DNA of 64,000 bases from an uncultured bacterium (lineage in GTDB: Bacteria > SAR324 > NAC60-12), in NCBI GenBank assembly GCA_965662845.1, contig CBFIJD010000015.1, forward strand, positions 1-64,000, written 5' to 3'. The notes beneath the pieces are model-generated. The model had not been told where the DNA came from. It worked only from the letters and a program-made list of their open reading frames with translations, and ran no database searches. The translations under genes and the position numbers were made by a program. Positions 57,362 through 64,000 of this stretch are shown here, in pieces (positions within the stretch are counted from its first letter, which is position 1; each line of letters opens with the position of its first letter).

Positions 57362-57781
57362 ATGCCAGAGTTGAAGGGCACCAAGACCCACCAGAACCTG
57401 AAGGACGCTTTCGCCGGTGAATCACAAGCAAATCGCCGCTACCTCTACTTCGCAAAAGTTGCTGACGTCGAAGGTTACCCAGAAGTAGCTTCCAACTTCC
57501 GCGAGACCGCCGAAGGTGAGACCGGTCACGCACACGGACATATGGATTACCTCAAGCCTGCTGGCGATCCAGCGACCGACCTGCCCATGGGCGATTCTGT
57601 GACAAACTTGAAGTCTGCCATCGCTGGCGAGACCCACGAGTACACCGACATGTACCCAGGTATGGCGAAGACCGCTCGCGAAGAAGGCTTCGCTGAAGTC
57701 GCCGACTGGTTCGAAACCCTCGCCAAAGCGGAGAAGTCCCACGCTGGCCGCTTCCAGCAGATGCTCGACAGCATCTCCTAA
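57362..57781 (+). CDS. Short rubrerythrin (no rubredoxin domain)
   Basis: [36 protein letters not shown] diiron ligands; GAGG RBS. Confidence 0.95.
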   Translation: MPELKGTKTHQNLKDAFAGESQANRRYLYFAKVADVEGYPEVASNFRETAEGETGHAHGHMDYLKPAGDPATDLPMGDSVTNLKSAIAGETHEYTDMYPGMAKTAREEGFAEVADWFETLAKAEKSHAGRFQQMLDSIS

Positions 57782-57788
57782 TTGATTT

Positions 57789-57838
57789 GCAGTAGGCCAA
57801 CCTTGGTCTACTGTCTCCTCCGAGCGCACGGCTCGGAG
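57789..57838 (+). other. Two tandem intercistronic stem-loops
   Basis: GCAGTAGGCCAA-cc-TTGGTCTACTGT (57789-57814) and CTCCGAGC-gcacg-GCTCGGAG (57818-57838). Confidence 0.65.
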
Positions 57839-57894
57839 CGCCCAACGCGGAGCCCCCCTGAAAGACGTAACCCCAAAAGCTATTGGAGATCCCC

Positions 57895-59292
57895 ATGAGT
57901 CACGACGCATCTGCCACGCCTCCGCACACTGGATCAAGGATTTCCTACGCGGCCACCGATGGTCTGAGCTATGACCCCAACGAACCCAAATATTGGGACA
58001 AACAAGCCCTTGATAAAGAAATCGAGCGCGTCTTTGAGGTGTGCCACGGCTGTCGCATGTGCTTCAAATATTGCGACTCCTTCCCCAACCTCTTCCGCTT
58101 CATTGATGACAAGTACGACGGCGACCTGAAAAAGCTCACCGCACAAGACACCCAAGAGGTTATGGACGCCTGCTTCCAGTGCAAACTCTGCGAAGTTCAG
58201 TGCCCCTACACACCTCGCGAAGGACATGAGTTTCAGCTGGATTTCCCCAAGCTGGTGCACCGCTACAACGCGATCAAAGCCAAAGAGCGCGACGTCGCTC
58301 CTCCGCTACGAGATAAGATCTTGGCCGACCCTGATTTGAGCGGAAAAGCAGCCCGCGCCAGCTTCGGCATGGCTAACAAGCTCAGCCGCGTGAAGCTACA
58401 CCGGATTTTCATGGAAAAGACGCTCGGCATCCACCGAGACAAGCTGCTGCCCGACTTCAGCAATCAAACCTTTGAAAAGATGGCCGAAGAGAAGGGGAAA
58501 CTCACCCAACAGACCAACTCCGAGGCGGTCTTATTCCAAACCTGCTACGTGCAAAACAACGAGCCCGACATTGGCTTTGACACCCTCGAAGTCCTTGAGC
58601 ACAACGGAGTGCAGTGCGGTTGTGTGAAGGGCTTAGGCTGCTGCGGAATGCCCGCTTGGGAACGAGGAGATCTGCCTCGAGTGCAACAGCTCGCAAAGCA
58701 CAACCTTGATCGCTTGATGCCCTATGTAGAAGCCGGGGCAAAAGTGTTGGCGATCAACCCGACTTGCTCCATGATGATGAAGCAAGAGTACGCAGAGCTG
58801 GTCGGACCAGAAGACCAAGAGCGGGCCAAGAAATTGGCGGAAGCCGTGCAGAATCCAACCGATTTTCTCTGGAACATTCGCAAGGAAGAACGCTTCCAAC
58901 GCGACTTCCAGAGTACCCCAGGCGAGAAAGTCGCCTATCACGCGCCTTGTCACTTGCGTGCGCAGGCGGTGGGCTTCAAAGGACGAGACTTGATTCGAAT
59001 GATTCCAGGTGTGACGCCTTCCATGACACTGGAGTGCTGTGGGCACGACGGCACCTATGCGATGAAGGTAGAAGGCTTTGAGCCTTCTGCACGCATCGGA
59101 AAAAAGTCCTTTGACGAAATGCAGAGCGCCAAGGCCGAAATCTGGGCGACGGACTGTCCCTTGGCCGCCATCCAGTTTGAACAACACGCGGGCGTCAAGC
59201 CCATGCATCCCATGAGCATCCTTGCCCGAGCCTATCGCAAGGATGGCTTCCCGCAATCTCTCGAAACCCCTGAAAAGGAGACGGACTCATGA
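57895..59292 (+). CDS. Rubrerythrin-associated Fe-S oxidoreductase (GlpC-like, CCG domains)
   Basis: CHGCRMCFKYC, CFQCKLC...CPY, CCGMP, HAPCH, CCGHDG, TDCP. Confidence 0.9.
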   Translation: MSHDASATPPHTGSRISYAATDGLSYDPNEPKYWDKQALDKEIERVFEVCHGCRMCFKYCDSFPNLFRFIDDKYDGDLKKLTAQDTQEVMDACFQCKLCEVQCPYTPREGHEFQLDFPKLVHRYNAIKAKERDVAPPLRDKILADPDLSGKAARASFGMANKLSRVKLHRIFMEKTLGIHRDKLLPDFSNQTFEKMAEEKGKLTQQTNSEAVLFQTCYVQNNEPDIGFDTLEVLEHNGVQCGCVKGLGCCGMPAWERGDLPRVQQLAKHNLDRLMPYVEAGAKVLAINPTCSMMMKQEYAELVGPEDQERAKKLAEAVQNPTDFLWNIRKEERFQRDFQSTPGEKVAYHAPCHLRAQAVGFKGRDLIRMIPGVTPSMTLECCGHDGTYAMKVEGFEPSARIGKKSFDEMQSAKAEIWATDCPLAAIQFEQHAGVKPMHPMSILARAYRKDGFPQSLETPEKETDS

Positions 59293-59849
59293 ACAAAGTT
59301 CAGCGCAGTGAAATCATCGACTATGTAACCTACGAAGAAAACCGTGAAGCCGAGCGACAGCGCGTGATGCAGATCAAAGCGCCACGTCGTGTGCACATCG
59401 GGGAATATCTGACCTTCTTGTTTGAGAACACAGAGACCATCCGCTACCAAATCCAAGAGATCTTGCGCGCAGAGCGCATCGTGCGCGAGAAGGATATTCA
59501 GCACGAGATTGATGTGTATAACGAGCTGCTGGGCGACGACGGCGAGCTGGCGTGCTGCCTGCTGATCGAAGTGGATGACAAGGCCGAGCGAGACTCCAAG
59601 CTGCGCCAGTGGCTCGGATTGCAGGCAAACGTGTATGCGAAGTTGCCGAACGGCAAGAAGGTGATGGCGACCTATGATCAACGACAGGTGGACACAGAAA
59701 AACTATCTTCTGTGCAATATTTGAAGTTGAATGTTGAGGGGAAGGTTCCTTTGTCTATCGGTGTGGAGCATCCGCAAATGACAATGGAGCTAGACCTGAA
59801 CGACGAACAGCGTCGCGCCTTCGCTGAAGATTTGGGAACGACGCCCTAA
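59289..59849 (+). CDS. DUF3501 family protein
   Basis: RRVHIG...TFLFEN.ETIRYQIQE..R.E, E..VYNEL, K.SSVQYL; follows rubrerythrin and the Fe-S gene. Confidence 0.88.
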   Translation: MNKVQRSEIIDYVTYEENREAERQRVMQIKAPRRVHIGEYLTFLFENTETIRYQIQEILRAERIVREKDIQHEIDVYNELLGDDGELACCLLIEVDDKAERDSKLRQWLGLQANVYAKLPNGKKVMATYDQRQVDTEKLSSVQYLKLNVEGKVPLSIGVEHPQMTMELDLNDEQRRAFAEDLGTTP

Positions 59850-59875
59850 ATTCAATCGCTCTCCACGGAGTTCCT

Positions 59876-60382
59876 ATGGCAACGATCACCTTTCAAGAAA
59901 ACCCTGTTCAAACCGCTGGCGACTTGCCCAGCGTTGGCTCGCAAGCCCCAGACTTCACGCTCATTGGCCCAGACCTGAGCGAAATGAAGTTGGCAGACTT
60001 CCACGGCAAGCGCTTGGTTCTGAACATTTTCCCGAGCATCGACACGCCTGTGTGCGCGAACTCCGTGCGCCGCTTTGACCAAGACATTGCGAAACTTCCG
60101 AATACCGAAGTGCTGTGTGTCTCGGCTGACTTGCCGTTCGCGCAGAGCCGCTTCATTGGAGCGGAGAAGCTGGAGAACGTGAAGGGAGCGTCCACGTTTC
60201 GTGACGCCGCCTTTGGGGAAGCCTCTGGATATGGCGTGATGATGCAAGACAGCGTGCTGAAAGGCCTGATGTCCCGCGCGGTCGTGGTAATTGGTGAAGA
60301 TGGGAAAGTGCTCTACACAGAGCAAGTCCCAGATATTGCGCAAGAGCCCAGCTATCAACCTGTGATCGACGCGCTCGCCTAA
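59876..60382 (+). CDS. tpx: Thiol peroxidase (atypical 2-Cys peroxiredoxin)
   Basis: APDFTL, LNIFPSIDTPVCA.SVRRF, SADLPFAQSRF, SRAVVV. Confidence 0.93.
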   Translation: MATITFQENPVQTAGDLPSVGSQAPDFTLIGPDLSEMKLADFHGKRLVLNIFPSIDTPVCANSVRRFDQDIAKLPNTEVLCVSADLPFAQSRFIGAEKLENVKGASTFRDAAFGEASGYGVMMQDSVLKGLMSRAVVVIGEDGKVLYTEQVPDIAQEPSYQPVIDALA

Positions 60383-60486
60383 TTCTGTCTTCTGCCTTCT
60401 CTCTTATCGAGAGGAGGTCTCTCTCGCCTCTCCGCCTCAGCCCTATCTTTCCAGCAAAAAAAAGACTTCGCCTCTCCGCCGCAACT

Positions 60487-61533
60487 CTATCTTTCCGCCA
60501 ACGAAAACGCGTGAAAGTTGTCAAAGCGCACGACAAAGTCCGCTCGCTCTCGCACTTGGTTGGCCTCCATGTATTGCTGATAAATGTATCCCTCGCCCTT
60601 GAGGTATGTCTCTACGAATTCGGGGTTGAAGTCTTCGCGATCATCGAGTTGAAAGAGCCGCGCGGTCGCCGCTTTTGCGGTCAAGTCGAGTAAAATTCGG
60701 GAATCTAACAACTCATTGAGTTCGGGAGTGAACAAGGTGGTTCCCCAGACCAGTACGATCATCTCTGGGGCCCAAAACAGGGGAAAGGGGGCGGTCTCGT
60801 AGCCTCGCAGCTGCGGGGGCTCCTGTTCAATGGTGACGACCTCTCCGCGAGAATAGGGGCGCAACAAGTGTTCGAGTGTCCAACTCCGCAGATCATCCGA
60901 ACGCCACAGGTGAGATTTCGCGGGCGTGTGGAACTCGGTGCCGAGCAATTCTTGCAGGTCAAATCCTCCCACCAAAATCTCTCGCTCCTCCAGCGCTTCA
61001 AGAAGCTCTCCCACAAAAAATGCATGGCCGCACTCGTCGGGGCCGCCCACGCCAACGAGCATAGGCTGGGTGGGGGCGCGGCGTTTGCGTTCCAACAGGC
61101 TTTCCGCTATCTGTAGGGCGGTGTTGCGGCTAGGGTGAAAGATGTGGAGCAAGTCCTCGAGCCTTTGCAACAAGAAGCCTTGCGCAACGTCGAGCTTGGA
61201 GGAGTTGATCGCAAAACAGGCGTCTTGTCCTTCAAGCCAGGCATGCAGCTCTGTTTGATTCGTGACCCAAAAATGATCTTTGTGTCCAAGGCGCGGGTTG
61301 CGCGGTCCAACCTTCGCAGGTGGGCCTGCAACGACGGAGGCGAGTGAGAGGTGCTGCCAATCTTCAGGCGCGATGTCTTCGGCAAGCAGCACCAAACGAA
61401 AATCCCGCTCATTGAGGATGCGCAGCGTCTCGTTGAAGTTCTGCCACTGTTCGTTTCCCAGAGCGCCGGTGAGGCTGTCTAGGTCAAACACGAGCGTATG
61501 GACCGCGTTCGGGTGAAATGTCTCTGTTTTCAT
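60487..61533 (-). CDS. Hypothetical protein with a HAD-like N-terminus and a degenerate uridine-kinase-like C-terminus
   Basis: TLVFDLDSL; LVGVGGPDECGHAFF (P-loop-like, lacks GKT); LFTPEL..LLD.RILLD, Y......P/V.ERAD.VV. Confidence 0.6.
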   Translation of the reverse strand: MKTETFHPNAVHTLVFDLDSLTGALGNEQWQNFNETLRILNERDFRLVLLAEDIAPEDWQHLSLASVVAGPPAKVGPRNPRLGHKDHFWVTNQTELHAWLEGQDACFAINSSKLDVAQGFLLQRLEDLLHIFHPSRNTALQIAESLLERKRRAPTQPMLVGVGGPDECGHAFFVGELLEALEEREILVGGFDLQELLGTEFHTPAKSHLWRSDDLRSWTLEHLLRPYSRGEVVTIEQEPPQLRGYETAPFPLFWAPEMIVLVWGTTLFTPELNELLDSRILLDLTAKAATARLFQLDDREDFNPEFVETYLKGEGYIYQQYMEANQVRERADFVVRFDNFHAFSLAER

Positions 61534-61562
61534 GACTAACCTTTGATTCCCAAGTAAGTGAC

Positions 61563-62960
61563 GTGCTGAAAACCCACAATCAGGTTCTGTTGGGTGCCTT
61601 ACGCAGCGTGGATGTGCTGTTGGCATTTCTTATGTGGGAAGTCGCCTATCGGGCGCGCTTCTTTTGGCTGAACTGGCCTGCCGCTGAGATGATCCCTGAC
61701 CATACCGAGTATTTGAAAGCTGCGTTTGTCGCGGCGATGCTCACGGCGATCATGTTTGCGCTGGGCAATGTCTATCGGCCACAATCTTTTGTGCGGCCGA
61801 AGAGCGACTTCCTGCATTTGTTGCGGGGCTGCTTCAACCTGCTGCTGGCGTTGTTGGTGCTGGCGTTTTATTACCGCGAGTTTTCTTATTCTCGTGTGCA
61901 CACCGTTTATTTTTTGGTGTTGCTGTTGATCTCGCTCGTGATCTCGCGCTACATCGCTCGCAAAATTATGAAAGCGCTGCATCGACGCGGCATTCACATT
62001 GAGAACGTCGTCGTGGTGGGGTCAGGCGAGACGGCGCTCAATTTTGCGCAGCGATTAGGGCGCTATCAACGCACAGGCATTGTGCTCAAGGGCGTGCTGC
62101 CGTTGGATGCTGCCGCGACGCTGCCGAGAGCGCTCACAAGACTCGAGAGTCTGGATGAGGTCGCGCAACGTATTCAGCAGCAGGAGATTGATCAAGTCTT
62201 TCTGGCGCTCGCTCCCACAGAACAGCACTGGCTCCCTGAGCTGAAAGAACGATTTTCAGAGCTGTGGGTTGATGTTCACATTGTGCCGCACTTGGGGAGT
62301 TTTCGGACGCTGCATACAGAAACGGAGACGTTTGAAGGTGTGCCGATTGTGACCGTTGTGCGCAGCCCATTGGTCGGCTGGAACCGCATCCTTAAGCGGG
62401 GCATGGACATGCTAGGCGCGCTCGCCGCGTTGCTGATTTTTGGCCCTGTGATGCTGGTCATCGCCGCGTTGGTTCGGTTTACCTCGCCGGGCCCCATTTT
62501 GTATCGCCAAGAGCGGATGGGGCTGGATGGGCGGACTTTCTGGGCCCTCAAGTTTCGTTCCATGCGCATTGACGCTGAGCAGCGCACGGGGGCGGTGTGG
62601 GCAAGCAAAGATGACGACCGCTGCACTCCAATTGGAGGCTTCATTCGGCGAGTGAGCTTAGACGAGTTGCCGCAGCTCTTTAATGTGCTGCGGGGAGAGA
62701 TGAGCCTAGTGGGGCCACGACCGGAGCGTCCTGTGTTCATTGAGCAGTTCAAAAAACAAATCCCTGACTACATGCTGCGCCACAAAGTCAAAGCGGGGAT
62801 TACAGGCTGGGCTCAGATCAACGGCTGGCGCGGAAACACCTCCTTAGAAAAGCGCATTGAGTGTGATTTGTATTACATTGAACGTTGGTCTCTGTGGTTT
62901 GATGTCAAAATCTTGTTTCTCACGATCTTCAAAGGCTTCGTCGACCCGAACGCGTACTAG
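61563..62960 (+). CDS. Undecaprenyl-phosphate glucose phosphotransferase (WcaJ/CpsE type)
   Basis: TMs, KR..D, GPILYRQER.G, KFRSM, SLDELPQLFNVLRGEMSLVGPRPE, GITGWAQING.RG, DLYYIE.WS. Confidence 0.95.
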   Translation: MLKTHNQVLLGALRSVDVLLAFLMWEVAYRARFFWLNWPAAEMIPDHTEYLKAAFVAAMLTAIMFALGNVYRPQSFVRPKSDFLHLLRGCFNLLLALLVLAFYYREFSYSRVHTVYFLVLLLISLVISRYIARKIMKALHRRGIHIENVVVVGSGETALNFAQRLGRYQRTGIVLKGVLPLDAAATLPRALTRLESLDEVAQRIQQQEIDQVFLALAPTEQHWLPELKERFSELWVDVHIVPHLGSFRTLHTETETFEGVPIVTVVRSPLVGWNRILKRGMDMLGALAALLIFGPVMLVIAALVRFTSPGPILYRQERMGLDGRTFWALKFRSMRIDAEQRTGAVWASKDDDRCTPIGGFIRRVSLDELPQLFNVLRGEMSLVGPRPERPVFIEQFKKQIPDYMLRHKVKAGITGWAQINGWRGNTSLEKRIECDLYYIERWSLWFDVKILFLTIFKGFVDPNAY

Positions 62961-63372
62961 CGGGTTCACCCTGCTCGAGTCGCTAATGGTGCTCGCTGTG
63001 CTAGGCGTCCTGTGGGGGCTGAGCTCCGTGGCGAACACCGCATGGCTGGGGCCAACCCGCCTGAACAACGCGACGGATCACCTCGCATCTGCGCTGGAGC
63101 ACTCTCAGTTGCTGGCAATGCGAGACCTGCGCTCGTATCGTGTGCGGCTGGAGGCGCAAAATCTGAATCTGGAGTCGAAGGTGGGTTCCACATGGAGAAG
63201 AGAGATGACTTGGGATCAGTTGCCTAGCGGCGTGACGGTAACGGCCACGCGGTGGCCCTCTTTTAGCGCACATGGATTTGCCGTAGGAGGAACCTTGACC
63301 CTGCGAGATGCAGAATCACAGACCCAAGAAATCCGTGTTAGCCCGAGTGGTCGCATTGCTGTGCTGCGCTGA
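62902..63372 (+). CDS. GspH/FimT-like minor (pseudo)pilin
   Basis: Class III signal G|FTLLESLMVLAVL with E at +5; C-terminal F...G...GGT.TL...I.VS.SGRI. Confidence 0.8.
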   Translation: MSKSCFSRSSKASSTRTRTSGFTLLESLMVLAVLGVLWGLSSVANTAWLGPTRLNNATDHLASALEHSQLLAMRDLRSYRVRLEAQNLNLESKVGSTWRREMTWDQLPSGVTVTATRWPSFSAHGFAVGGTLTLRDAESQTQEIRVSPSGRIAVLR

Positions 63373-63440
63373 CGGCGAACTAAGTGTATGCTTTGTGCAC
63401 AGATGTCTGGTCCGTCTACAATGAACTTGGAGTTTCCGAA

Positions 63441-64000
63441 ATGAATGAGTCTAAATCCCAACAGATTGACGCTAATCTCCCGCAAGCTTCCTACGGCCAC
63501 GCTGCGGCAGAACCTGCGCCGGAAGAGCCTCAGCGTCGGCTCGTGCCAGTTACCCTGCACAATCTGGATTTTACGTCGATCCAGCAGCGCGCGATTTTGG
63601 TCAGCGATGGTGTGAAACGAGAGGCCCAAGCTTCGATGAAGAACCGCGCGAAGACCTCGCCGAGCAAGCCACCGTCGGAAGGGGGGAGCCATCTGGACGG
63701 CACTGTGCTCACAGATTTATATCCGGTTGAGGCGATGCAAAAGATCTCTGCTGAGCTTCGGAAAAAACCAGACGCAACGGCGCTGCGTGTGCGCTTGATC
63801 AAGACGTTTTGGCAGTCACGAGATTTGTATGAGATCGGGACGTATCGCGACATGCTCACTCAGGCGATTCTGCCAATTTATGTGGGCGCCATCACACCGC
63901 TGGGGCTGCAAGCTTCGTTGGAAGCTTACAACTTCTATCTGCAGAAACTTTGTGAGACCCACAAACGAGATCTGTTGCAGCTGCGCTCTGGCGAACCAAG
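63441..64000 (+). CDS. Hypothetical protein (3' truncated by window edge); absent from the ORF track
   Basis: GGAG upstream; MNESKSQQIDANLPQ... stays open to the window end. Confidence 0.6.
   Translation, partial: MNESKSQQIDANLPQASYGHAAAEPAPEEPQRRLVPVTLHNLDFTSIQQRAILVSDGVKREAQASMKNRAKTSPSKPPSEGGSHLDGTVLTDLYPVEAMQKISAELRKKPDATALRVRLIKTFWQSRDLYEIGTYRDMLTQAILPIYVGAITPLGLQASLEAYNFYLQKLCETHKRDLLQLRSGEP

Noticed and set aside
60420..60482. Short repeat TCGCCTCTCCGCC occurring twice between tpx and the convergent gene
   Set aside because: Only two copies in a low-complexity pyrimidine tract; not a CRISPR array or a recognisable REP element.
1..64000. tRNA, rRNA, riboswitch (including cobalamin near the PduO gene), CRISPR array, IS or prophage
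   Set aside because: None was recognised by eye. Intergenic regions are short and lack the expected motifs, but an Infernal/Rfam and tRNAscan run would be needed to exclude small RNAs.

Overview
This 64 kb window is bacterial DNA from a draft or metagenome scaffold with eight N-gaps (2580-2771, 6360-6404, 13869-14343, 15202-15310, 15720-16011, 21807-21867, 23499-23678, 54814-54857). It is gene-dense and from a diderm. Protein style suggests a deltaproteobacteria-like lineage such as SAR324, which is an unverified impression. Housekeeping genes include fumC (3' end), a DAHP synthase, rpmG-rpmB, fabI, livGF, def, suhB and a PduO-type enzyme. Envelope genes include lolD, bamA, lpxC, lptC, lpxK, a GlmU-like protein, an MsbA-like ABC transporter, a WcaJ-like transferase and GT2/GT4 enzymes. 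The window also holds a 10 kb phosphorelay/cAMP island, two chemoreceptors, scattered T2SS/T4P-type genes, and a rubrerythrin-FeS-DUF3501-tpx peroxide operon with an OxyR-like site. I found no rRNA, tRNA, CRISPR array or mobile element. The most notable items are: (1) LpxC fused to an intact NtrX-like receiver domain, suggesting phosphorylation control of lipid A synthesis; (2) a membrane pseudo-histidine-kinase ending in a DEDDh exonuclease; (3) three paralogous glycine-zipper secreted proteins with beta-signal-like C-termini beside lptC; (4) a CheW-less membrane CheA-like kinase linked to a REC-adenylate cyclase; (5) an orphan SctC-like secretin. All family assignments are from motif recognition by eye, not database searches.
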